Below are positions 1 through 9,767 of a stretch of 64,000 nt of DNA, piece by piece. Made by a program: the position numbers and the translations under genes. Under the pieces are notes generated by a model that was not told the origin of the DNA, did no database searches, and saw nothing but the letters and a program-made list of their open reading frames with translations. This stretch comes from an uncultured Rhodanobacter sp. (lineage in GTDB: Bacteria > Pseudomonadota > Gammaproteobacteria > Xanthomonadales > Rhodanobacteraceae): contig CAZMPZ010000014.1 of NCBI GenBank assembly GCA_964568445.1, forward strand, positions 1,905-65,904, in the 5' to 3' direction. Numbering within the stretch: the first letter of the stretch is position 1; every line of letters begins with the position of its first letter.

Positions 1-699
1 GGCCGCCGACTCGAAATACACCGCGACGTTGCCATGACTGTCGCGGAAACCGGGCGGAAACAGCTGCGGCCACCAGAAGGCCACGGCGCTGTATGTCCAC
101 GCCACGCCAGTACCCAGCGCGATCAGCGTGTACATGTTGGGACGCCACGGCTTGAGCGAACGCCAGCCGCGGGCAAAAAACGGCGCGCCGCCCCACAGCA
201 CGACGATGCTGGCCAGCACGGCCTCGATCCAGCCCGCCACGCCGGCCCACGGCGCGCCGAGATGCCAGCCAAACAAGTGCGGGCCCATCGCCAGTGCGAA
301 TACCGGCACGGTCAGCGCCACCAGACACCACAAGCGCCGTGCCAGGGTCGGCAGTTCATTGTCTTCGGCGGCATCGGCCTGCGGCAGCACCGGCTCCAGC
401 GCCATGCCGCAAATGGGGCAGGCACCGGGCCCGATCTGGCGGATCTCCGGATGCATCGGGCAGGTGTAGGTGGCGCCGGCCGGCGCTGTCGGTGACGGTG
501 GCGCAACGACATCTGCCTTGAGATAACGTGCCGGGTCGGCAATGAATTTCTCGCGGCAATGCGCCGAACAGAATGCGTAGTCATGCCCGGCATGCGTGGC
601 GTGATGCGGACTCGCTTGCGAGTTGACCGTCATGCCGCAGATCGGGTCGATGACGGTCGCCGCGGCGCCCTGCGCGAGATGGTTCATATGCCGGGTCAT
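1..699 (-). CDS. Heavy-metal translocating P1B-type ATPase, N-terminal 233 codons only (rest lies beyond window start)
   Basis: Open-ended minus frame, so absent from the ORF track. My translation from ATG at 699 reads MTRHMNHLAQGAAATVIDPICGMTVNS...YAFCSAHCREKF (TRASH/YHS-type metal domain). It continues YTCPMHPEIRQIGPGACPICGMALEP (CPxH..CPICGM metal-binding domain) and then the first TM helices. The ATG overlaps the upstream MerR-family stop (ATGA at 696-699). Confidence 0.85.
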   Translation of the reverse strand, partial: MTRHMNHLAQGAAATVIDPICGMTVNSQASPHHATHAGHDYAFCSAHCREKFIADPARYLKADVVAPPSPTAPAGATYTCPMHPEIRQIGPGACPICGMALEPVLPQADAAEDNELPTLARRLWCLVALTVPVFALAMGPHLFGWHLGAPWAGVAGWIEAVLASIVVLWGGAPFFARGWRSLKPWRPNMYTLIALGTGVAWTYSAVAFWWPQLFPPGFRDSHGNVAVYFESAA

Positions 700-1121
700 G
701 CCGCTGTCTCCTCCGTATTGAGCGCGCGCAGGATCGGGCACTGCTCGGGCACGCCGTGACCGGGACACGAGTCGATCAGCTGCGCCAGTCCGTCACGCAC
801 GCGCTGCATCTCGGCAAGGCGCTGATCCAATGCCGCCAGGCGCTGCTGGGCGCGGCGCTTGACCGCCTTCACCCCGCGCTGGCGATCGGCGGACAAGGCC
901 AGCAGCTCGCGCACTTCGGCCAAGGTGAAACCCAGCGCCTTGGCACGCCGGATGAAATGCAATTGGGCAATGGCATCCTCGCCATAACTGCGATAGCCCG
1001 AGGCGCGACGTGGCGGTTCGGGCAACAGGCCCTCTCGTTCGTAATAGCGGATGGTGTCGACGCCGACCCCGGCGCGGCGGGCGACGACACCGATGGTGAG
1101 CGCTGCGTGGCGGGTATTCAT
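696..1121 (-). CDS. MerR-family metal-responsive transcriptional regulator (CueR/CadR/ZntR-like)
   Basis: 141 aa. N-terminal HTH LTIGVVARRAGVGVDTIRYYEREGLL is typical of the MerR family. C-terminal CPGHGVPEQCP is a Cys pair of the kind that binds the metal in CueR-type sensors. Translationally coupled to the ATPase. Confidence 0.9.
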   Translation of the reverse strand: MNTRHAALTIGVVARRAGVGVDTIRYYEREGLLPEPPRRASGYRSYGEDAIAQLHFIRRAKALGFTLAEVRELLALSADRQRGVKAVKRRAQQRLAALDQRLAEMQRVRDGLAQLIDSCPGHGVPEQCPILRALNTEETAA

Positions 1122-1127
1122 ATGCCA

Positions 1128-1159
1128 AGTCTAGAACCTTGATCCAGGTCCAGAGTCAA
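1128..1159 (-). promoter_or_regulatory. Candidate MerR-type promoter/operator with over-long spacer
   Basis: Minus strand reads TTGACT (1159-1154), a 20-nt spacer, then TAGACT (1133-1128). The spacer contains the dyad ACCTTGATCCAGGT (1136-1149, 6 of 7 pairs). The -10 ends only 6 nt before the regulator ATG (1121), implying a leaderless or near-leaderless mRNA. Confidence 0.45.
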
Positions 1160-1264
1160 GCCCCCGTGACGCCGTGCCCAGCCGGCTGAACGCCAGCCAG
1201 CAGCGCGGGGCACGACGGCTTGCGTGCGATTGACCGCCCGCACCGGTGCTTCGATCATGACTGG

Positions 1265-3673
1265 ATGCGTACATCACTTTGCTGGATCGCCCTCATCCTG
1301 CTTGCTCTCGGCACACCGTCCAGTTGGGCACAGGGCAACGACGTCGCTGCCGCGGCGTCATCGACCACGACGCCAGCGCCGACCGTCGACGCCCTTGCTG
1401 CCCAGCTGGACAAGATACAAGCGACGCTCAAGCACCCGACGCCCGACAGTACGCCGCTGGCCGACCTGCGCGGACAGGCCTTGGCCATCCAGGAAAGCGC
1501 CCGTCAACTGGCGACGGCACTGGCCCCACAAATGGTGGATTTGCAGGCGCAGCTGGCCGTACTCGGTCCGGTACCGGACAAGGGCGCCGCACCCGAAGCG
1601 GCCGAAGTGCGCGCACAGCGCCGCACGCTGGACAAGGCCCAATCCGCGCTCGACGCGCAGATCAAACAGGCGCAATTGCTGAGCCAGACGGCCGGTCAGG
1701 TGGCGACGCAAATCGCCGCCCTGCGCAACGACCAGTTCCAGGCACGCCTGAGTTCGCGTACCGCTGTGCCGTTCATGCGCGCCTTCTGGTCCGCACCGCT
1801 GCACGCCCTGCCCGATGACATGCGGCACCTGCGCCGGATGGCCACACGCTGGCAAGCGGCGTTGAACGATGTCTGGCAACCCGCGCAACGCACGCCGCTG
1901 CTGTGGTGCCTGTTTGGCGCCGGGCTGCTGTTGACCCTGGGCGGCTGGCTACTCGACCGCCTGCTGCTGTTGCTGGTGACGCGGCAAACGCCAGACGGTC
2001 ATCTGCGGCGCAGCGCGCTGGCTGCCGGCACGGCGTTGGCAGCAATGGGCGTGGCCGGCCTGGCGGCGCAGCTGGTTTATCTGGGCATCAACTGGAATGA
2101 CGTACTGGATGACGACCTGGACGAGCTGGCCACCGGCGCCGTGCACACGGTGTGGTTTGCCGCCTATATCGCCGGCATGGGCTACGCCTTGCTGTCGGTC
2201 AAGCGCCCAACCTGGCGGCTGCCGGCCATCGCCAACGCCACGGCGCATCGACTGCGAGCGTTCCCGTGGCTGCTTGGCGCCGCCGCGCTGGTGTTTGGCC
2301 TGCTGGATCGGACGGCGCGCGCCCTGGGTACCAGCCTGGCGGTGACCGTGGTGATCCACGGCCTGACCGCCCTGGTGGTCAGCAGCCTGATCGGCATGGC
2401 CTTGCGCCGCACCCGCGCACCGCGCGAAACCGGTGGGGATGACGCCCCGTCGCCACGCCAGCCACCCTGGGTCGGCGCGTTGCGCGCCGCGGCCATCGTC
2501 GGCGTGGTCATCAGCTGGCTGGGCATCATCAGCGGCTTCATTGCCCTGGCGTATTTCATCGCCATGGAAATGCTGTGGATCGGCGTGATCGTGGCTACGG
2601 TCTATGTCCTGAGCCATCTGCTGAATGATCTGGCCAACACCTTGCTGGCGCCGGACTGGCGCAGCGGCAAGCGCCTGCAAACCGCCTTTGGCATGAACGA
2701 GCGCACGCTGGAACAGGCCGCCGTGGTGCTCTCGGGCGTCGGCCGCGTCGTGCTGGTGCTGCTCGCGCTGGTGGTCGCACTGCTGCCCTTCGGTGCCAGC
2801 CCGGGCGATTTGATCAATGGCGTCACGCAAAACCTCGGCAACCTGAAGCTGGGCAGCCTTGCCGTGCAACCGGGCACCATCCTCAGTGCCATCGCGGTGC
2901 TGGTGGTGGGGCTGCTGGCGCTGCGCGCGTTCAAGGCCTGGCTGAGCAACAAGCTGCTGCCCAAGACGGCGATGACCGTGGGCATGCAAAACTCGCTGGT
3001 GACGCTGCTGGGTTATGTCGCCGGCCTGCTGGTGGTGGTGCTGGCGCTGGCGCAACTGGGCGTCGACCTGAAATCCATCGCGTGGATCGTCAGTGCGTTG
3101 TCGGTCGGCATCGGCTTTGGCCTGCAGGCCATCGTGCAGAACTTCATCTCCGGGCTGATCCTGCTGGTGGAGCGGCCGGTGAAGGTGGGCGACTGGGTCA
3201 GCCTGTCCACCGATGTCGAGGGCGACATCCAGCGCATCAACGTGCGTGCCACGGAAATCCGCATGGGCGACCGTTCCACCGTGATCGTGCCCAACTCACA
3301 GCTCATCACCGACAAGGTGCGCAACGTCACCCTGGCCAATGCCCAGGGCCGGGTGCTGATCAAGCTGCCGATGCCGCTGGATACCGACGCCGCGCAGGTA
3401 CGCGCCCTGTTGCTGGATGTGCTGCACGAGCAGCCCGGTACGCTGGACGATCCTGCGCCGGTGGTGATGCTGGACAACATCGACGCCAGTGCCATCACCT
3501 TTGCCTGCATCGCCTACGTCAGCAGTCCGCGCGACGTCGGCGGCATCAAGAGCGCCTTGTTGTTTGCCATGCTTGAGCGCCTGCGCGCCGCCAAGCTGCC
3601 GCTGACCCGCCCGCAAAGCATGCTGGTGCGCAACCTGCCGCCACTGGCGGAGGACACCGGCACGCGGGAGTGA
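1265..3673 (+). CDS. Mechanosensitive ion channel, MscS family (MscK/KefA-like large form with periplasmic coiled-coil N-domain)
   Basis: Start trimmed to ATG 1265, giving the signal peptide MRTSLCWIALILLALGTPSSWAQG. A long Q/A-rich coiled-coil segment and multiple TM helices follow. The C-terminal MscS core reads QNFISGLILLVERPVKVGDWV...GDIQRINVRATEIR. Confidence 0.85.
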   Translation: MRTSLCWIALILLALGTPSSWAQGNDVAAAASSTTTPAPTVDALAAQLDKIQATLKHPTPDSTPLADLRGQALAIQESARQLATALAPQMVDLQAQLAVLGPVPDKGAAPEAAEVRAQRRTLDKAQSALDAQIKQAQLLSQTAGQVATQIAALRNDQFQARLSSRTAVPFMRAFWSAPLHALPDDMRHLRRMATRWQAALNDVWQPAQRTPLLWCLFGAGLLLTLGGWLLDRLLLLLVTRQTPDGHLRRSALAAGTALAAMGVAGLAAQLVYLGINWNDVLDDDLDELATGAVHTVWFAAYIAGMGYALLSVKRPTWRLPAIANATAHRLRAFPWLLGAAALVFGLLDRTARALGTSLAVTVVIHGLTALVVSSLIGMALRRTRAPRETGGDDAPSPRQPPWVGALRAAAIVGVVISWLGIISGFIALAYFIAMEMLWIGVIVATVYVLSHLLNDLANTLLAPDWRSGKRLQTAFGMNERTLEQAAVVLSGVGRVVLVLLALVVALLPFGASPGDLINGVTQNLGNLKLGSLAVQPGTILSAIAVLVVGLLALRAFKAWLSNKLLPKTAMTVGMQNSLVTLLGYVAGLLVVVLALAQLGVDLKSIAWIVSALSVGIGFGLQAIVQNFISGLILLVERPVKVGDWVSLSTDVEGDIQRINVRATEIRMGDRSTVIVPNSQLITDKVRNVTLANAQGRVLIKLPMPLDTDAAQVRALLLDVLHEQPGTLDDPAPVVMLDNIDASAITFACIAYVSSPRDVGGIKSALLFAMLERLRAAKLPLTRPQSMLVRNLPPLAEDTGTRE

Positions 3674-3691
3674 GGTTGGCTGGAGCAACCT

Positions 3692-3757
3692 TGCAGGAAC
3701 CGGCTCGCGGGCGATGCTTCTGAATGTTGAATGCATCGCCCGCGAGCGGGCTCCTAC
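3692..3757. repeat. REP doublet (REPIN-like inverted pair), GTAG-type REP family
   Basis: Left arm is GCAGGAACCGGCTCGCGGGCGATGC. The right arm reverse-complements to GTAGGAGCCCGCTCGCGGGCGATGC. Sits between convergent genes. Same family as the copies at 9598, 43129 and 61657. Confidence 0.8.
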
Positions 3758-3786
3758 GAGAGCAGGTTATCGCCCAAGCACGATCT

Positions 3787-5439
3787 CTAGGGCGTCGTCA
3801 CCGGCACCAGCCGCAAGTCCTGGAAGTCGAAGCTGAAATCGGTCAACGGCGACATCGGCTGCATGCGCACGCCGGTGATATGGCCGTCCATATCCAGCGC
3901 AAAGCTGACAAAGGCATCGGCGTTGAGCGTGCGATCGTCCCAGCGCACGACAAAGCTGTCGTGCTGCCACGGCGTCATGGTGCCCACCAGCTGCGCGGTC
4001 TTGGCAAAGCGCAGGCGCAACTTGCCACCTTCATTGCGGATGATGACGTCGCCGTACCACGGATCGCGATACGTGCCAGCGTAGTCAGCCAACGCCAATG
4101 ACGGTTTGCTGTGCTTGTCGCGCGCGGCCTCGTGCCGGGCCAGGCTGTCATCGGCCCGTGCCTGCCCCTGTGCCACCGCCTTGGCATACGCCGCCACCCA
4201 ATCGGTCTTGTGCGACGGGTTGAGCCAGGCGTCCAGCACGCGATAGGTGATGGCGTTGAAGGCCGCGCCGGATTCGGCATTGGTCAGCACCACCACGCCA
4301 AGTTTCTGCCCCGGCACCAGGGTCACGCGCGAGACCATGCCCGGCCAGCCACCGGTGTGCCACGCCAGCTTTTCGCCGCGGTAATCGGACAGGAACCAGC
4401 TCTCGCCGTAGCCGGAGAAATTGGGCGTCAGCGGCGCCAGCTCGGGGATGGATGGCGCCCGCACTGTGATCGGTGTGAGCATGCTCCACATGTCACGCTG
4501 GCTGTCTGCGGAAAAGATGCGCAACGGCTTGCCATCGGCGCCCGACCGCGGCAACGCACCGCCCGCCAGTTGCACGTTCATCCATTTGGCCATGTCGTGC
4601 ACGCTGGAATAAATGCCGCCGGCGCCTGGATCATTGCGCCACGCCATCGGCGGCACCGGCACCAGATCCTTGAAATCCGCCTTGGCATGGCCGGTGGCAA
4701 CATCCATGCCGGGCTTGAGCTCGGTCATGTCGATCAGCGTGTCGTCCATGCCGACCGGCGCGAACAGGTGCGTGCGCACATAGTCGGCATAGCTCTGGCC
4801 AGAGGCGTCCTCGATCACCAGCGTCGCCACTGCAAACAGGATGTTGTCGTAGGCATAGCCGCTGCGAAAGCCATTCTTGATCGGCACCTTGGCCAACCGC
4901 TGCACGACCTCCTTGGTGGTGTAGGACGTCGGCGGCCAGTACAGCAGGTCGCCAGCGCCGAGGCTCAAGCCGCTGCGATGGGCCAGCAGGTCGCGAATGC
5001 GCATTTCATGGGTGACGTACGGGTCGGACATGCGAAACCACGGCAAGTGGTCGATGACCCGATCGTCCATCTTGAGCCTGCCGGCCTCGGCCAGCTGCTC
5101 CAGCGCGGCAGCGGTGAAAGCCTTGGTGTTGGAGGCGATGGCAAACAGCGTGCGGGCATCCACGGGCGCACTCTGGCCAAGCTCGCGCAAGCCAAACCCG
5201 CGCTCCAGCACAACCTTGCCATCCTTGACGATGGCCACGGCGATGCCGGGCACGTCAAACGTCTTGCGCGCACTCTCGACGTAAGCGTCAAAGTCCGCCA
5301 GCTGCGCCGGCAAGGCGGTGCTGACCGTGGCATCCACCGGTGTCGCCGCCACCGGCGGGGTTTGCGCAACGGCACTGGAAGCAAAGGCCAGCAACGCACA
5401 GCAGCCGACCAGCGGCCAGGACAGACGACGTACTGCCAT
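3787..5439 (-). CDS. Exported serine hydrolase of the class C beta-lactamase / PBP4* family with C-terminal beta-barrel (DUF3471-like) domain
   Basis: Start trimmed to ATG 5439 (GGAG 8 nt upstream), giving the signal peptide MAVRRLSWPLVGCCALLAFASSAVAQ. Contains the SxxK motif (ASNTK) and YAYDN. The upstream 300 codons of the 851-aa track ORF are non-coding read-through. Confidence 0.85.
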   Translation of the reverse strand: MAVRRLSWPLVGCCALLAFASSAVAQTPPVAATPVDATVSTALPAQLADFDAYVESARKTFDVPGIAVAIVKDGKVVLERGFGLRELGQSAPVDARTLFAIASNTKAFTAAALEQLAEAGRLKMDDRVIDHLPWFRMSDPYVTHEMRIRDLLAHRSGLSLGAGDLLYWPPTSYTTKEVVQRLAKVPIKNGFRSGYAYDNILFAVATLVIEDASGQSYADYVRTHLFAPVGMDDTLIDMTELKPGMDVATGHAKADFKDLVPVPPMAWRNDPGAGGIYSSVHDMAKWMNVQLAGGALPRSGADGKPLRIFSADSQRDMWSMLTPITVRAPSIPELAPLTPNFSGYGESWFLSDYRGEKLAWHTGGWPGMVSRVTLVPGQKLGVVVLTNAESGAAFNAITYRVLDAWLNPSHKTDWVAAYAKAVAQGQARADDSLARHEAARDKHSKPSLALADYAGTYRDPWYGDVIIRNEGGKLRLRFAKTAQLVGTMTPWQHDSFVVRWDDRTLNADAFVSFALDMDGHITGVRMQPMSPLTDFSFDFQDLRLVPVTTP

Positions 5440-5508
5440 CGCGAGATCTCCGCAGCGGAAAGCGTCAACTATCATGGCAAAGCGCCGCCGCGGCCAGCCC
5501 CGGAAGTC

Positions 5509-6330
5509 ATGCGCCGCCGCCCAAGGCCGAGGAGACGCCGCTTGCAGACAGTGGACACCGTGGACTGGATCGCCCGCCACGCGCTGGCGCTGTGGGTGCT
5601 GCTGCTGATGCTGGCAGTGATCGCCGGCGACACGGCATGGCGCCGTGTGCAGCGTCGCCGCCATGCCGACGCGGCAGTACATCGCCGCCGGCACCCACCT
5701 GCTGCGCTCCTGCTGGTTGGCGCGTTGGTGACGGTATTCGCGTGGCTGGCATGGGCCGTCAACGCCGCCACGCCCGGCCATGTGCTGGCATTCGATGCTG
5801 CATTGGCAACGGGCCTGCATACGCATCTGCCACTGCCGGCATTGCGTGCCATCGCCATCGTGACGCAGCTCGGCGATCTGGTGTGGGTCGCGGCCGCGTC
5901 CGTCGTCATTGCGCTGGCATTGCTGTGGCGCCGGCAAGGCCAGCTGGCGGCGTGGTGGACACTGGTCATGGGCGGCATCGTGCCGCTCAACAGCGCGTTG
6001 AAACTGTTGTTCCGCCGCGCCCGCCCGCTGTACGACCACGGCCTCCTCAGCGAGCCGGGTTTCAGTTTCCCCAGCGGCCACGCGTTTGGCGCCATCGTCT
6101 TCTACGGCATGCTGGCCTATGTACTGCTGCGCCTGCTGCCGGCGCCTTTCCACCGCGCAGTGATTGCCGCCAGCGTGGTCATGGCAGGCTTGATCGGCAT
6201 CAGCCGGATACTGCTGCAGGTGCATTACGCCAGCGATGTGCTGGGCGGCTTTGTCAGCGGCGGCGCGTGGCTGGCGCTGTGCATCGCCATGGCCGAACAC
6301 GGGCGCAACCGGGTTTCCGGCCAGCGATGA
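5509..6330 (+). CDS. PAP2-superfamily membrane phosphatase
   Basis: Only the last 273 codons of track ORF 4111..6330 are credible. Carries the three PAP2 motifs KLLFRRARP, PSGH and SRILLQVHYASD, plus several TM helices. Divergent from the hydrolase gene. Confidence 0.85.
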   Translation: MRRRPRPRRRRLQTVDTVDWIARHALALWVLLLMLAVIAGDTAWRRVQRRRHADAAVHRRRHPPAALLLVGALVTVFAWLAWAVNAATPGHVLAFDAALATGLHTHLPLPALRAIAIVTQLGDLVWVAAASVVIALALLWRRQGQLAAWWTLVMGGIVPLNSALKLLFRRARPLYDHGLLSEPGFSFPSGHAFGAIVFYGMLAYVLLRLLPAPFHRAVIAASVVMAGLIGISRILLQVHYASDVLGGFVSGGAWLALCIAMAEHGRNRVSGQR

Positions 6331-6398
6331 TGCCGGCCTCACGGCCGAGCGCGCGATGGCGTCTTATCATCAGCGCTCCCTTCTTCTCGCCATGACTC

Positions 6399-6662
6399 AT
6401 GCAAACCTGCGATTTCCAGCTGCGCGGCCAATACGTCGAACTCAACCTGCTGCTCAAGCTGGTCGGCCTGTGCGACAGCGGCGGCGCCGGCAAGCGACTG
6501 GTGGCTGCCGGCAACGTGCAGGTGGACGGCCAGCCCGAGCTGCGCAAGACCTGCAAGATTCATGGCGGGCAGCAGGTGGACTGCGGCGACATGCGCATCC
6601 ATGTGTTGGCCGACCCGCAGGCATTGGACTCAGCCCGCTCCGCCGCGACGACGCCGGCGTAG
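6399..6662 (+). CDS. ybcJ: S4-domain RNA-binding protein YbcJ family
   Basis: 87 aa. The segment VELNLLLKLVGLCDSGGAGKRLVAAGNVQVDGQPELRKTCKI matches the YbcJ S4-like pattern as I recall it (..L..LLK..G...SGG.AK..I..G.V.VDG..E.RKR.KI). Confidence 0.8.
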   Translation: MQTCDFQLRGQYVELNLLLKLVGLCDSGGAGKRLVAAGNVQVDGQPELRKTCKIHGGQQVDCGDMRIHVLADPQALDSARSAATTPA

Positions 6663-6690
6663 GGCCGACACGACCCGCCGCACATTCGCG

Positions 6691-6718
6691 AAAAAAGCCA
6701 GCCGTCCCGCGCGGCCGG
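6691..6718 (-). terminator. Intrinsic terminator downstream of the NAT gene
   Basis: Minus strand forms the stem CCGGCCG/CGGCTGG (7 bp, one G-U) followed by CTTTTTT. Confidence 0.55.
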
Positions 6719-6756
6719 ATGCATGCGTGGCAATCAGGTGCCGGCAGCGTGCGCAA

Positions 6757-7566
6757 TTACACGGCGGACGGCAGCCGTGCCAATACGGCATCCAGGCGCG
6801 GGTTGTCGGGCAGCGTGAGCAGGAACTCGCGCTCCAGCACCTGCCGGATTTGCGCGCCGTCACGCAACACGAGGTGCGTCGGCTCGGCGCCCGGCCGGCG
6901 CACGCTGAATTCGCGATTGTGCAAACTCAGGCGCCGCGTGGCCTCGGTACGCGCCACCATCAGGTTGTTGACGAAGGATGACTCGGCCCAGGTGGACACG
7001 TAATGGTTGGCCACCAGGTAATCGATCGGGCGTACGCGGCGCAGATCGAAGCGATACAGCGATCGCCACTGGCCGCCGAGCAGGCATTGCAGGCGCCAGT
7101 CGCCGTCGACCATCATCAGCCGGAACGGCTCCATCGTCGTGGGCTGCTCGATGCCCGCGCGCAGCCGCAGCGCACCGGTCGGCACTTGGTGACCAAAACC
7201 GACATCGGCCAACCAGCTTTCGCCGGCAATCTCCACGCGCAGCAACATGTGCGTCTGCGCCGTCACCGCGTCCTCGGGTCGCTTCCACAGCACGCGGGCG
7301 ATCAGGCCGGTCACCTCAAAGCCAATGGCGCGCAATGCCTCGGCCAGCAGCAGGTTCTGCTCGAAGCAATACCCGCCGCGATGCGCGCGCACCAGCTTGC
7401 GCTCCACCGCCTCCGGCGTGAGTTCAACCGGTACGCCCAGCAGCGGATCGAGGTTTTCAAACGTGATGGTCGACGCATGCGCCACGACCAAGGCCCGCAA
7501 GGTGGCCACATCCACGGCTGGCGCAGCGCGGTAACCGATGCGCTGTAAATAGGCGGTCAAATCCAT
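6757..7566 (-). CDS. Arylamine N-acetyltransferase (NAT family)
   Basis: Start trimmed to ATG 7566: MDLTAYLQRIGY...TLRALVVAHASTITFENLDPLLG. The catalytic Cys context is RGGYCFEQN. Length of 269 aa is typical. Confidence 0.88.
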   Translation of the reverse strand: MDLTAYLQRIGYRAAPAVDVATLRALVVAHASTITFENLDPLLGVPVELTPEAVERKLVRAHRGGYCFEQNLLLAEALRAIGFEVTGLIARVLWKRPEDAVTAQTHMLLRVEIAGESWLADVGFGHQVPTGALRLRAGIEQPTTMEPFRLMMVDGDWRLQCLLGGQWRSLYRFDLRRVRPIDYLVANHYVSTWAESSFVNNLMVARTEATRRLSLHNREFSVRRPGAEPTHLVLRDGAQIRQVLEREFLLTLPDNPRLDAVLARLPSAV

Positions 7567-7720
7567 GCGGCATGATGCCACCGCGCGGCACGCCGCCACC
7601 AGACCCGACACCGCGCGCCGGCACCGGCCAACGCGGCGCGTCTCATCGACCGGCTGCCTTGTGCCGCGCCGACAAGGTCGCCATATTCAGCGCCTCGCCG
7701 CAATTCGCGGCGCGTAAAGG

Positions 7721-9580
<1,860 letters not shown>

Positions 9581-9597
9581 AGACCTCGACACAACGC

Positions 9598-9680
9598 GCA
9601 GGAGCCCGCTGGCGGGCGATGCTCTTGCCTCACGGTGACGGCAAAGAAGCAAAAAGCATCGCCCGCCAGCGGGCTCCCAA
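9598..9680. repeat. REP doublet (REPIN-like long hairpin)
   Basis: GCAGGAGCCCGCTGGCGGGCGATGC pairs with GCATCGCCCGCCAGCGGGCTCC. The interior (TCTTGCC..GGCAAAGA) is also self-complementary. Track ORFs crossing it are artefacts. Confidence 0.85.
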
Positions 9681-9767
9681 TGCTTGAGGCCCATGGGTGC
9701 CTGGCTTGACCCTGCCCGGTCCGGCGCCCCATGCTTGACGGTCTTTTCCACCGCTGAAAGTCCACGC

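Noticed and set aside
4111-6330. 739-aa ORF that would fuse a large N-terminal region to the PAP2 phosphatase
   Set aside because: Its first ~466 codons run antisense to the well-supported serine hydrolase gene (3787-5439). They translate to Arg/Gly/His-rich low-complexity sequence with no motifs. Only the part from ATG 5509 shows PAP2 motifs and TM helices.
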